The notes under the pieces are model-generated. The model saw nothing but the letters and a program-made list of their open reading frames with translations, had not been told where the DNA came from and made no database searches. A stretch of 64,000 nucleotides of DNA from Podarcis cretensis (Eukaryota): contig OX638154.1 in NCBI GenBank assembly GCA_951804945.1, forward strand, positions 22,196,001-22,260,000. The letters run 5' to 3'. Every line of letters begins with the position of its first letter. Position 1 is the first letter of the stretch. Positions 24,290 through 37,967 of the stretch are shown here, in pieces. The position numbers were made by a program, and so were the translations under genes.

Positions 24290-24522
24290 AGTTGATAAGA
24301 TTCAAGGATGTGGATGGGAGTGGTTGACCGTTTGTGTTCTTGGCCCTTGACCCTTGTGGTTGATAACATCTGACAGGGAGAGGACTGCTAGCTGACCAAG
24401 GAGATATATTAGTCCCTCTCTAAAGAAGGAGTGGTCCCAGGCTGCCTGGAAGAAGTGAGGGTTAGACCACCCCTTAAGAAAGCTTTCTTGTTACCACATG
24501 ATCTTAATAACTAATGGCCAGT
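24290..24522 (+). mobile_element. Old L2 RT-upstream fragment
   Basis: Degenerate match to the EDVDR..PTTC.LDPCPSWL...PLLKKPSLD...NYRPV region. Confidence 0.55.
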
Positions 24523-25570
24523 AAGCTCTAATGGTTTTAATCATGTTATAAATTACTTTTAAAAAAAAATCACAAATAGTTTCCATGAAAAATGTGTGCA
24601 TTAAGATTCACTGAACTTCATTCTGTGTCTCAGGGTTAGGGTTCACCACGGCAATTTGTTTTCTGTGGGCAACTCATTTATTCTCATTTTGTTTCAGGTT
24701 TAAAAAATATATTTAATATGGTGCTGCAATGGTATTTTAGAAAACAAATTTCCAGACTAGACTCTAAGAAGTGTAGTCACCATAGTCCCTTGAATATTAT
24801 CTCTTAGAAGTCTGTATATTTGTCATTTACAGATTTGCAATAGAAACCCATACAACTCTTACCTTCTCTGCTTTCTACCATCTTTCTTAGACTGAACATT
24901 TTATTGATTGATTGATTGATTGATTGGATTTATATACCATATTTCTTCCAAAGTGCCCAAGATGGTTTACAATTTAAACACTAAAACAAATACATTATAT
25001 GAATAATGAAATGTGCACTTGCAATCTTCTACTTCTGATAATGAAAAAAGGATATTGGAACAGGTTCTTAGGCATTTTATCCAACTTACAGGTCTATCCA
25101 TCCAAAATCAAACACCAATGTAATTTATTGTATCAATACTTCTGAAATGTACCTAATACATCTTTGTATTCAACATTTCTTATGTTGACATTACTACTAC
25201 TCAGACATTACTACTACTCAGAACTGTCAATTCTTGATAGGTAACATAAATTATTTCTTGCAAAAGTGGATTCAGGATCTTAGTCAAGCTCAGAACTATT
25301 TTGACCCCTCCTCTTTCCTGTCCCCATTGCTCAGTGCCCTTGGTATGTGTAGGTGATAGCATACCAGAGATCCTTATGAGGTTGGTGTGTACTCTAGTGT
25401 TGAAATTTGGATGAGAGTATTAACTCCGCTGTTGCCACAATACCCATGCACTGCAGTAGCACATGGAAGTGAGAATCAGGCTGCTAGTCAGCTTCCCTTC
25501 CTCTTTAAGGCCGCAGTATGTAAACTACAGTGTGAAAATAATAATCTTAAGTATCTCTTTGCTTTCTTAG

Positions 25571-25641
25571 CTTGGCTGAAGAAGAAATAAAGGCAGAGCA
25601 GGAGGTGGTGGAAGGGATGGATATCTCCACTCGATCCAAAG
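25571..25641 (+). CDS. ZMYND8: ZMYND8 exon 2 (LAEEEIKAEQEVVEGMDISTRSK)
   Basis: TTCTTAG| ... AAA G|GTGAGT. Includes the internal ATG (25617) of the shorter MDISTRSK isoform. Confidence 0.95.
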
Positions 25642-25805
25642 GTGAGTTAAAACAATGTTTCTGTTCCTCAAAGCATAAGGAGAAAACTGGCTAACGTTGC
25701 TTCATCTGGTGACTTGGAACCTTTGACATTGATTTGACCTATGCTCCTGCTCCTATGAATACTGTGGCATAACTATTTTACAAGTGCCATTCTTTTGGTT
25801 CCTGC

Positions 25806-26175
25806 GGGACGCGGGTGGCGCTGTGGGTAAAACCTCAGCGCCTAGGGCTTGCCGATCGCATGGCCGGCGGTTCAAATCCCCGCGGCGGAGTGAGCTCCCG
25901 TCTTTCGGTCCCAGCTCCTGCCCACCTAGCAGTTCGAAAGCACCCCTAAGTGCAAGTAGATAAATAGGTACCACTTTCTAGCGGGAAGGTAAACGGCGTT
26001 TCCGTGTGCTGCGCTGGTGCCGGCTCGCCAGAGCAGCTTCGTCACGCTGGCCACGTGACCCGGAAGTGTCTCCGGACAGCGCTGGCCCCCGGCCTCTTAA
26101 GTGAGATGGGCGCACAACCGTAGAGTCAGACACGACTGGACCGTACGGGCAGGGGTACCTTTACCTTTACCTTTA
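25806..26175 (+). mobile_element. Full-length young Sauria SINE with a 60-bp TSD
   Basis: Starts GGGACGCGGGTGGCGCTGTGG, has an (ACCTTT)n tail and retains CpGs. 25746-25805 is identical to 26176-26235. Confidence 0.93.
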
Positions 26176-26439
26176 CCTGCTCCTATGAATACTGTGGCAT
26201 AACTATTTTACAAGTGCCATTCTTTTGGTTCCTGCTCAGACACTTAATATTTATTATTAGTTCATAAATATTATTTTGTCCTGTATCTCAGTGAATGGAT
26301 ATCATTAACAAGGTCACCATCCACTCTTTAAATACTGTAGTTTTATCGTTGTTTCCCATATTCATTATATTGCCACCATGCTCTTTCTCCCAAACCTTCT
26401 GCTCAGCTAAAGCTCTGTGTTATGCTCTGGTCATATTCT

Positions 26440-26900
26440 GCTATGACTCACATTGAGTTGTTTTTCATCTTATCTAACACAAATCTGGCAAAATCATTCA
26501 TCTTTCTCAGTGTTCAGGCCATGTGACAACTTTTTTCAAATTCTTATGCTGGCATCCCCTTTCCCTTCTACATCCAGTACAAACTACTTGCTTTTTTAAA
26601 TCTTCCCTCACAAAGCTTTGCTTTCATAACCCAATATTTCTGTCAATGACCATCACTTCTCCAGCTCTACCATCCTGAGTTGCCTTAAAGTCTCTTTTTC
26701 TTGTAAAAGCTCTACCCAGTCTCCCTTGCTGCCTCTTAGGTATAACTACCTCCAAGAATACCTATAGGTTTCTACCTGCATTTGCCCCCATTCATTCCTT
26801 GTTGTGGTCCCCCTGCCCCTCCCATGATCTAAATTAAGGTTGTGTATGAGTTCCTTAGGGCACACATTATTCCCTTAAGCACTTTATACTCTGGTGGTGG
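26440..26900 (+). mobile_element. Ancient L2 3' fragment
   Basis: Degenerate match to AAKII.L....HVT.....L.W.P.PF.IQYKLL. Confidence 0.45.
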
Positions 26901-28855
26901 TGTATACTAATACACCTAATGTATATAACAGTCCTTCTGTGCCTCTCTTGGGATATTGAGGAGAAGACTTCCATTTGGGATCCCTCTTAGTTATACCAAG
27001 TCATAGCCAGCCAGACTCACACTCTCAGTTTCTCCTTTCTGGCATTGGAGAGTATGGCTCCATGACTTGGAATGGAGGAAATAGACTGCAGTATTAATCC
27101 CGTTTTAGTCTTGCTCTTTCTGTGACTTGTTCACCCTTTGTGCAAAGAAATGCAATTTTAGTTTTGCTAGTTGCACTGTGGTGCACTTACTGTTGTTACA
27201 CTGTATTTGCAAATAATTGGGGAAAGGGGCACCTAAAGCCTCTTCTTTTGGCAAATTTGGACATTATACTTGCATCAATAAGCATCTATTTAGCACTTTT
27301 CCTTGTTGTTCAAAGTGCTTTACATACTGAGAGGATATGTTTTTCACAACAGCTCTGAAAGGCAAGCCAAAATTATTGTTTTTGTTATCAGTTGTGGGTG
27401 CTGTAACTAAGATACACAGTGGCTTGTCTACTACCTTATGAATTTATTGATGAGGTAAGATTTGAACTGCAGACTTTGCTGCTCATTCTTGGTTAGTACA
27501 TCATGTCATGTCAACACAGCTCAGTTATGCCTTTGATAATGGGAAAATTAAACGAGTTCCCATCTCTGAATTTAAATAGTTCCAAAGCAGCAAATCTCTT
27601 ATTATAGGCCCCAACAAGTGCAAAGTATACATTGAATTCTCTCATATTTTTTGCTCCTGAGTTATTCATTTTTCATGTAACAAAATATAATATTGAAAAC
27701 CTATGGGATTGTTTACATTTTCCTTCATGCAGAATATTTTGCTGGAATCCAAGATCATGAATGATGGCTGTTTATAAATAAGTTGTGACACTACATAAAG
27801 TTGCATTTTATTTTTGTCATTTGGGTAATTATTTTGGGTAAAAAAGCATGGACTGGCAAAATGTCCAGGTGTTGTTGTTCGCTGTCACCATGGGTGGAGA
27901 GGGGGTTTGTGACTGAAGCACAAATAAGAGGAAAGGGAAGTCCCATTCCACGAGCAGAAGACAAATCTGCAAGTGGGCTGACAGTGTTGGATGAAAATCA
28001 ATTGCATCTGGACTTCTGGCAAGGCAAGATGGCAACCGCCACAGGATCTGCTAGGAAAAATACAATACCAGCGGGAGCATCTGGCTGGTCCTTGCGCCTC
28101 CAAAGCCGTTGCTGCAACTGTTGGTGCAGGCAGAGAGGAGCCCAATGGGAGTGAGGGAACTGGAGAGTTCGTGGAGAAATGTGTCTCCCTGGGTGCCTCT
28201 CATCCTGGGATGGAGACAGAGCCAACTGGTGGCCTGATAGAACCTGGAGGCCTAGGAGAACCGTGTGGTAGGACAGGCACAACAGGAGCCTCTCCCTTGT
28301 ACTGAGTGGCCGCTGAGCTGCTGCTACTGCCGCCTTTACAGAGGAGAGGCCGAGAGGGATCAGAGACGGGTGGAGCAGCCACCGGGTGGATGCGTGCCAC
28401 CGGGACTGACCTGCTGAGGAGGAACGCAGTAGCCTGGGGGACTGCGTGGGAAGTGGAGGAAGAGACTGTTCAGGCAAGGGACAGGCTGATCAAATCCACT
28501 ACCCCACTGTTTCCTGGGACCTGGAGCAGATGGAAGAGGCAAATGCAGCAGCAACTTCCTTGTGTAGGAGAAGTGACTGTTACTTGTCCACACTCCATAA
28601 TATGAGGATACTTAAGCACACGGTGCAGGCGTGGTCCCACTTTAAATGTGTGGTTTTGTCATTACAGAATTTAACTACCAACCATTTGTTCTCTTTGGTT
28701 GGGTGTGCTCGGGACAAACTGGTATTCAGAAGCATTATTGTCACACATAACAGTAAATCATGGTGTAACAGTTTAGTGCTACATGAACGAGTCTGCATGT
28801 GCAAAGCATTGGGCTTGCATGCTCCCTCTTTCCCTATCATCTTTCCAGTGTTACA

Positions 28856-29365
28856 GAATCCTTATGAGGAAAGATTGCAGCATTTGAGACTGTTTAGTTT
28901 AGAGAAAAGGTAAGAGAGAGAAATTTATAAAATTATGTATGCCATGGAGAAAGTGGATAGAGAACCCCCCCCCCCCATAACACTAGAACTCATGGTCACC
29001 CAATGAAACTCAATGTTGGAATATTCATAACAGATAAAATGAAATATTTCTTCACACAGCACATAGTTAGACTATGGAACTCCCTCCCACAGGAGGCAGT
29101 GATGGCCACCAACCTAGATGGCTTTAAAAGAGTTTTGGACAAATTCATGGAGCAGAGGACTATCAATGGCTTCTAGCCATGATGCCTATGCTCTACCTCC
29201 ACAGTTGAAGGAACCAATGCTGTTGAAAACAAATTGCTGGAGGGGAGAGTGCTCTTGTGCTTGAATCCATCTTGCAGGTTTCCCACAAACATCTGGTTGA
29301 CCACTGGGAGAACAGGATGCTGGACTGGATGTGCCATTGACCTGATCCATCAGGCTCTTATATGC
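28856..29365 (+). mobile_element. CR1-type LINE 3' fragment
   Basis: CCTTATGAGGAAAGATTG..TTTAGTTTAGAGAAAAG (PYEERL..L.LFSLEKR) through GGCTTTAAAAGAG..GGACAAATTCATGGAG, followed by a 3'UTR. Confidence 0.8.
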
Positions 29366-32259
29366 TTTTGTTTTAGACCATGATCCTTGGTTCAAATATA
29401 ACAGTAAACTGGGATTCTGTAAAAGTGAAACTAAACTTAGCTGAAGTCACATTCCTAGCCATGCTGGAGGAAGAGGAGACAGGAGCTTGCACGCTGAGCA
29501 TTTTGCTGGAGTTTAAGGCTCATCCACAGATCATGAATTATGGTTTAGCAATGCATTACATGCAAACAAGACCATTGAGTTTGTATTGTCACTTGGAAGT
29601 ATTCATAGTCCTTGTCTCCTTTAGACAGATTTTGTATTGATGAATTTGGTGTTTGTGTTCTATGATTTTTGACTGTGAACACAATATGGGTTGGTTTAAT
29701 GGCTTTTAAATATTTTTATTGACACTGTAAGCTGCCTAAAGTCTGTTGGTTGAGTAGAGTATAATGTAAATAAGAAATATTTAAGAGGGCATAATTATGA
29801 GGGTGTGGAAAATGTTCTCCCTTACTAAGCAATTGAATTAGAATACATAATTTGGTAGGATTTTAATGGGAAAGTGACTGTTACTAATATAATGTAATTA
29901 GCTCCAAGCTGTGTTGGCAAGCTGAACTTTATTTTAGCAGTTCTGCCAAGGGATCTTCAACAAGACTATTTTTTTCTTGTGTTCTTGACTTTGCTGTACC
30001 TCAGTTTTTCAGGCTCCTAAACTGGAAAGGCAAAAACGTCAATATATTTACAAGTGGCTTGAGTGGAGAACTGAGAATGTTCCTTTTTGCACATCAGGAA
30101 GGATGTGGAAGTGAGATATTTCTCTAAAAATAACGTAGCTAGTCCTGCCATCATGACAAAGGCTGACTGTGAACATTGCTGCAGTGCACAGTCACATTAT
30201 ACTAGTTTTTTGAATCTGGTTGTTATAACCTCATTTCCATAGTGGATTCAGATATTTTGCTGCTTCCTTGCAGTTATATAGTTAGTCAACATAGAGCTAT
30301 ATTGTACTTTCAAGGAGATTTGCCATGGCTGGTTCTGAGCTAGATAATCTGGGTGCAAGGAGCAATGACTCTATTCTCATGCGTGCACTAGAGTGTGGTG
30401 TTGCCACTTTGTGTATGTTTTTCTTCGTACTGGGGAGTGCTCTCTGCTTTAGATTGCAATAACATCAGTGTGTGGGAAGAGAATCAATAGTGTGTGAACT
30501 CCACAATCAGGACCAACAGGACATCGGTGACTTCCCAAGGCAAGCATGAGCTTGTCCAGGGGACAATGGGGAATACAACAACAGCTGTACTTTAATTTTG
30601 TGTTATGCCATGCCCCCATGGCCACCATTTTGTGATAGTGCCCATAGCAGTTTCTCAAAATTCAAAATGTGTCCATTGGTTGAAATTGATTAGTAAATCC
30701 TGGTATTCAAAATACCAAACGAGCTGGGCCTATGATATGATTTGGTAGAAGGCAACTTTCATGCTCATCATGTTTTGCTTTTGATCCAATATATTTGTGC
30801 TGTGGTTGCTCTTAGTGGGTGATTATAGGAACTTTGATTACATTTGATAACACACAACTTTCTAGGACATATTTGAATACAAATATGAAGTGACATAAAA
30901 AAAAATTCTACCACAGAAAGTACATTTTGTAACCCTGTCACCCGACAGTACATTTTGTGTGCTGTCAAATATCTTAAACCCAAAGTATGTTAATTTTCAT
31001 GCTAATTTTTAAAAAAGTACAGCAAATACATAAATACATTTTTTTTCTTGATGATTCAGAAAGGTCATGTCGCATACAGTGGTCAAAACAGCATCATTGA
31101 ATATTACATGTATGGGAAACAATAGCTTTCACCATATCATTGCAGAAGTGTTTTATTTTTATTCAATAATCAATATAACTTAATTTTAAAAATATATCAG
31201 ATGACATTGTAACATAAGAGGGTACAATTTTAACTATTCTCATGAATGTGTGATACCAAAATAAGCCCAATCGGTTGAAAAATAAGCAAAACAGGAGGTT
31301 TTTTTCTAAAATGATGCAGAAATTTCATTGGCCTAAATCACGTGAAAATAGAAATCTTCAAAAAATTATCCTGCGCCCAATTTTGGACCAAAAATCGTAA
31401 AAAAATAATTTGAGGTTATCTCATAGGTATCTACATAGAAAATTTTTTTTGAAGAAAATCTGAGTTGTGAGAGCACATGGCATCAGGTGATTTGGCATCA
31501 GGTGATTTGTGGAATGACACACAAATAAGTAATACAATGGTAGGGAAATTGTCATGTGAAGATTAAAAATTTGGGTAGCTACATTCCAAACTGAATTTCT
31601 ACTTGGTGTGTTTTTCTCTGGGTATTTATATAGTATGCAATATTAAAATAAATTTATTTTCCAAAGGCATGCTTTGGAACCCTTCTGGAACCCTTTCTAG
31701 TTATGCTTAATCAGTAGAGTTAAATCACATCATCCTCTCAGCATTTACTGTTCTTAAGCTGTTGACTTTTCACAGTTGTGCCCAGCAGTATTGTTTAGGT
31801 TCTGTATAACCATTTCACAAGACCAATGACCAAGAGTGATGTTAGGTATAATCATTCTGGAACTTTCCAAGGTGTGTAATATTTGCCTGCTTGGCCTCAG
31901 TTTCATACTTTCTTGTCTAGGCTGATTCCTCATGGCTTGGTGGTGATAGTCATGTAGCTGAGTAAGTGGAGAGCTAGATTATACATATAGAAATTACTTG
32001 CATGTAGTATTTGATACTTGCTGGCTATATCTTAAATAAAATACTTTTAAATTTGTGGCAAGGGGAAATTGGTGGAATTGTTCACAATACTGTACAAGAA
32101 AAAGTAGTTCTGAGAGTCCACAGAGAGCCTTCCTGGCATTCTGTCTCTTTACTGCATTATTACCTGTATTATTATGTCCTGTTCATTGAAATACTAAAAA
32201 GTGCTAGTACATTAGTGGTATGCTAGGGGTGCTTAATGTTGGTATAATTTTTGTTATAG

Positions 32260-32408
32260 ATCCTGGCTCTGCTGAACGTACAGCACAAAAAAGGAAGTTT
32301 CCAAGTCCTCCACACTCTTCCAATGGCCACTCCCCGGAGGACGCATCATCAAGCCCTATTAAAAAGAAAAAGAAACCTGGCTTATTGAACAGTAATAATA
32401 AAGAGCAG
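32260..32408 (+). CDS. ZMYND8: ZMYND8 exon 3 (DPGSAERTAQKRKFPSPPHSSNGHSP...KKKKKPGLLNSNNKEQ; basic NLS-like stretch)
   Basis: TTATAG|AT ... GAG CAG|GTAATA; near identity to the recalled human sequence. Confidence 0.96.
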
Positions 32409-32616
32409 GTAATAGAAGTCGTGGATTTGATGCAGTGTTTTATATGAAACCATTGGAGATTACTAGGTGCTCTACTCTTTCCTTGGTCCAGTATCTGTAC
32501 TTATGGTAATAGTTCTGCATTGGCTGTAGGCGCTACTGAAGATGGAGATTACTGTTTTATTTCTAGTTTCTACAGCAGCCAAGATTTATCTGAAACTAAG
32601 AAGTGACGTCTAAATG

Positions 32617-34182
32617 AGTGCTATTTTTGTAAGTAAACAGAATTCTGGTAAAACAGACTCTAATGTCAGTCAAATTTTCTTGCCCCTTATATTGAATAGA
32701 CCCCCCCCCCCCGTACTTCCAGGGTTTGACCAACCTAAACAAAGGGAATCGTTTATTCTTTATTTATTTAAAATAATGAATTCACATAACGTATGAAGAG
32801 GTCTACTGAATCAAGCCAAAAGCTTATCTAGTTCAGAATCTTACTTCCAGACATGGCCAACCAGTGTTTCTCCATCACTTTGGGCCTGAAGCTCTGGTAG
32901 CCAGTCCTGCTCCTCTTTTCTCAGTTCCCACACTCAATAAAAGTATAGGTGCAGATCAAGGGAAATAATAGTACCACTCTATTCTGTGTTGGTCAGACCA
33001 CACCTGGAATACTGTGTCCACTTCTGGGCTCCACGTGTGCAGAGAAGGGGCAACCAAAATGATCAGAGATCTGGAAACTAAGCCTTATGAGGAGCGCTTG
33101 AAGGAGCTGGGTATGTTTAGTGTGAAAAAGAGACTGAGAGAAGATGTGATAGATGTGATACCTTAAAGGATGTCACATGGAAGAGGGAACAAGCTTGTTT
33201 TCTCCTGCTCTGGAGGGTAGGACTCAAAACAATGGCTTCAAGTTGCAAGAAAGGAGATTCCAACTAAACATTCGAAAAACCTTTCTGACAGTAAGAGATG
33301 TTTGGCAGTGGAACAGACTCTCACTAGAGGTGGTGGACTCTCCTTGCTTGGAGGTTTTTAAGCAGAGGTTGGATGGTCATCTGTCGTGGGTGCTTTAGCT
33401 GAGATTCCTGCAATGCAGGGGGTTGGACTAGATGACTCTTGGGTCCCTTCCAACTCTAAGATTCTATGGTTCTAGGACTCCTATGCTAAGCACCACTTAC
33501 TTGCTGCTTGCTAGGTGTTCTGCTGGCTTTTACCTTGGAGAAACCCAAGTAACTGAAGTGGATGAAAACAGCCTCGTGTGGCTGTTGTTCAAGAACTCTG
33601 GAGGTGGACTTAGGGCAGAGCAGCAATTAGCAATTTCAGTGGAACAGGCTATCGTGAGGAGGGGCTGTTATATTGCTCTGCCTACCATTTGCCCCACTCT
33701 GCTTGTTGCACTCTTTATAACACATTAAATGGCAGTGTCTCCCAAAGTGTGCTTCTGCCAGCCCTAATGGCAACGGCCTCCCAAAGTGCCATTTTGTAAG
33801 TAAACAGAATTCTGGTTAAATAGACTCTAATGTCAGTCAAATTTTCTTGCCCCTTATATTGAATAGACCCCCCTCCCTCCATACTTCCAGGGTTTGACCA
33901 ACCTAAACAAAGGGAATCATTTATTCTTTATTTATTTAAAATAATGAATTCACATAACGTATGAAGAGGTCTAATGAACCAAGCCAAAAGCTTATCTAGT
34001 TCAGCATCTTACTTCCAGACATGGCCAACCAGTGTTTCTCCGTTACTTTGGGCCTGAAGCTCTGGTAGCCAGTGCTGCTCCTCTCTTCTCAGTTCCCACA
34101 CTCAACAAAAGTATAGGTGCAGATCAAGGGAAATAATAGTACCACTCTATTCTGCGTTGGCCAGACCACACCTGGAATACTG
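32617..34182 (+). repeat. Local ~398-bp direct duplication (32617-33014 and 33785-34182)
   Basis: Two near-identical copies (roughly 5% mismatch by eye) separated by about 770 bp. Confidence 0.92.
32945..33472 (+). mobile_element. CR1 LINE 3' fragment
   Basis: Encodes [18 protein letters not shown]...[11 protein letters not shown]..., then the CR1 3' end GGGTTGGACTAGATGACTCTTGGGTCCCTTCCAACTCTAAGATTCTATG. Confidence 0.88.
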
Positions 34183-35679
34183 CACCCTTCATGGGTGCCT
34201 TGCCAGCAGGCTACTTAGCTCTTTTGCAAGTAAACTGGGCAGGGCTGGGAAGTTCTGGAGCTGTATGTTTTGAGAGAAATACAATGCTGGAGTGCTAAAG
34301 TGCTGCTGATCATTCATTTGCTGAAATATCCTACTCAGAAAGTGTTTTGTCTGTGATGGCAAAATACCTTCTACATTGCTACTCCAGTTGCTACTTTTGT
34401 ATCTGTATTGCTAAAATGAAACAACAAATGCACCACTAACAACTAATGCTACTTAGTAAATAAATATAGCAAGAGAATATCCAAGAGATAATTTTAGATT
34501 GCTGATATTTAGATTGCTAAATAGTTCCAGGGAAACTAGGAAATTTTTCTACATTATCATGCTCTATTGATCACTATGTAAGCACACTAAAAGCAACTTT
34601 TTCCTAGTAATAATGATTTCAAGTAAATGACTCAAAGCCCAGGTATACTTAAGCAAATGTAATATTTATGCATTTTATTTGTATACCACACTTCAACCAA
34701 AGTTCTCAGAATACATAGAGAATATCTATTACAGATTAATCCTAACTGACTAATCATTGGATGCTTACTGTGTTAAACAGTTTCTCCATGCCTTGGAGAA
34801 ACTCAATGTTTAGCTGTGGTATTAGTTTCTCTGATGCTGTAGCATTTGTTGAAAAATGGTATCTCCTAATGGAGATTTCCTATTTTCTGCATACTCATCT
34901 CCTAGTCTGTCTTCTATTAATAGAAAATAATTAGGGCATCATGTGGCGCTGCCCAAATTTTTGAGGTGGCAATTGAAGACAATGAGTATGTGGTTGCTAT
35001 ATTTGTATGATTGCAATAATCATCTTCTTGTGATTGTAGTATTCATAATGTAACTACAACTACTAAAGCACTTTCAGATTAAGTATAACTAAGCAGTGAT
35101 TATTTCTGGTAGGCTAAGCAACCACAACAAAAAGTGAACAAAGCATTCTTGGAAAATACTGTAAAATTCTTCATACATTTTACAGTAAAAAAGAAAGATC
35201 TATGTTTGAATTTTTGCAGTAATTCTACAAAGCACTAATCTTGCTTAAATAACAGCAGTGCTATTGTTCTTTTGAAGCAACTGCAAAGTCATTCTAAACT
35301 ATCAGTACCACATTTGTCATTTTTAGTATTCTAGTTTTTGATACAGTAAGAACTGAAACTAAGTCTTCCTATCCTGAAGCTGCTGAGAGAGAACATAACC
35401 AAATGTCTCTTTTGGTATTTCTGATACATGTGTTCCTTCTCTATTTCTATGGGAGTAAATCAGGGGAGTGTAACATGTTTGGTATTGGCATATAGTTGGT
35501 GATAATATGACACACTATTTGTTGGCACACTTCTCAATGTAAAAATTAATACTGTAAGTGGGAACAGCAGCAGTAGCAATTTGGATATGGTAATCTTAAT
35601 GTGTTACCTATAGTGTTGAAGTAGGATTTGTAATGGGAAGTCTCTCTCAAACAGCAATGTAGTTAGGACTATTTATGTA

Positions 35680-36260
35680 TTAAATATTTCTATCTTACTT
35701 TTCTATGGATCATGCCTAAGGCAGCTGCCAACAACTGGTACAAAAACATGAGTAAAACTATCTTATATTTTAGAACTAAATACATTAAAGAAGTGGAATA
35801 AAATATAATGAAAGAGCAGAATAAATAATGACAATAACATGCCAGAGAGAATGGAAAGGAGAGTAAAAACTGTCTTGTTATTAGCATGCTGATAGTACAA
35901 CATTTAAATCTCCAAACAGCCTCGCCCAGTGATTTTGTGCAGATGTTGAAAAGCTTAGATGACAAGATGGAACACTCTGAGTTACCATAGCCTAATTGCA
36001 AGCAGTAATTTTCAGCATTGTGTTCTGGAACAGACCCTCCAGGAAAGACTGGAGCCACTATTAAAACAATGTCCCCAAGTCCCATCCTGGCCAGGCTATG
36101 CAAATGGATACCGTGTTTGATTCTATCAGAAGCGACTGAATGGATGTAGAAAATCTACCTCATCCAGGAAAACCTGGAGTTGATAAGTCATCACATGCTC
36201 TGTCAGCTTAACCAGGAATGGAATGTTGGAGACTGGCTAGAAATGATCAATGAGAGTTTT
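35680..36260 (-). mobile_element. Degenerate L2 fragment (RT region)
   Basis: Minus strand shows remnants of DPFQS..., GLG..VL.W...F..GR.Q and SILS..LFNIC.KSLGE. Confidence 0.5.
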
Positions 36261-36277
36261 TTCCAAGAAAAGTTTTA

Positions 36278-36572
36278 CAGTGGTGCCCCGCAAGACGAAT
36301 GCCTCGCAAGACGAAAAACCCGCTAGACGAAAGGGTTTTCCGTTTTTCGAGGCGCTTCGCAAGACGAATTTCCCTATGGGCTTGCTTTGCAAGATGAAAG
36401 CGTCTTGCGAGTTTTTCCCCTTTCCCCCCCTTTTTCTAAGCCGCTAATAGCCGCTAAGCCGCTAATAGCACTAATCCGCTAAGCCGCTAATAGGGATGCT
36501 TCGCAAGACGAAAAAACCGCTAGACGAAGAGACTCGCGGAACGGATTATTTTCGTCTTGCGAGGCACCACTG
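36278..36572. mobile_element. Tigger/pogo-like MITE, TA TSD
   Basis: TA|CAGTGGTGCCCCGCAAGACGAA ... TTCGTCTTGCGAGGCACCACTG|TA; internal GCCGCTAA repeats. Confidence 0.88.
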
Positions 36573-37967
36573 TACTACCACTTCCTTAAGACCATATTGG
36601 ACCATGCAAGAAAGACATTTACCACTCTTCTGACCTACTTGGCTAGTTTTTATCTGGCAATCTTAATAAATTGTATGTGGTAGGCCCTAGCCTTCAAAGA
36701 ATCTTGTCCATGTCCTCAGGTTCTACAAAATGAAAAATATCCATAACAGTTAGGTAAGCAGTTATTTAGAGGTGCATCCTGCAGTACATACTAAGCCTGC
36801 AGCATCTAAGTTGGAGCAGGTCCAAGCAACTTTTAACTGAAGTGTCTCAGGTGTCACCTAGTGGTCATAACTGTTACTAACCTATTGCAGCAAAAAGAAA
36901 AAAGACACATTTAGTTATGTTACTGTTTCTAGAATTGAATTAATATTGATAGAGTATCTCTAGTGTTACAGCTATTTTCAAGTTGCTGTGAAAATAAGGA
37001 AAGGAACCTTTTTTGAGCTGAAAAGTTTTTGCAGCAAGTTGTCCAACAGGATGTGAAATCCAGGATGATTACTGTCCTAGATTGCAAGCAACATATTTCA
37101 TGCCTTCATAGAACTCTATAAACTTCATCTCCAGCAGCAGCCAAATAATTGTTTGAACTTCAGAGTCACTGATTTCTATATGAAGCAATAGTTACTTCCA
37201 AGAACTACTGATTTCCCAGTGGCAAACTGAACTTCAGTTTTTGATTGAATACTGTAAATGAGTTTGAGGTTGCAGTAGTGTTCAGTTGTGCAACATTTAA
37301 AAATATATAAAGAAGGCTAAAATTGTATAGAGTAGCCTTTCTCAACCATTGGTCCTGAGATGTTGTTGGACTACAACTCTCATCATCCCTAGCTAGCAGG
37401 ATCAGTGGTCAGGGATGATGAGAATTGTAGCCCAACAGCATCTGAGAACTGAAGCTTGAGAGAGGCTGGTAATAGAGAGTTCAAAGACTGAAACTATATA
37501 AGAGTTTTAAGTTTCTCCTTGGGTCTGTTTATTTGGTTTTCTAACTTTGGAAATATTGGGAATGTCAGGTCTCAAGTGTGGTCTTTTTGTTTTGCTGAAG
37601 GTGTTCCTTGGAGGCTCAAGGAATGTGAATGAGGAGCACTCTCAGGACAAATCTTGTCTGCGCTAAAGAATTGCTCCTAATTGGAGCAGTGGGGCCACTT
37701 TAGTTTTAGTAATAATGTTTGGCATTTGCCCTCTGTCTTTGCTTATTTTGTCCATCAGTGTTGTGTATTCATTATCCTTTTGACACACTACTGCAGTTTA
37801 TGTTGCAGCATATTTTATGATACCTACTGGACCACATTTAGAATTGTACACTAGGAAATGATGATAGGTTGGGTCATATTAGTGACCTCTTTTCACATTG
37901 ACATGCCTTATTGTAGTAACTAGATTAGAAAGTATGTTTGATGCATTTTGGTGTGAACAGAACAGCT

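Noticed and set aside
31190-31520. AT-rich stretch ending in a 15-bp tandem (TGGCATCAGGTGATT x2), possibly a DNA transposon end
   Set aside because: No matching second TIR or TSD identified with confidence.
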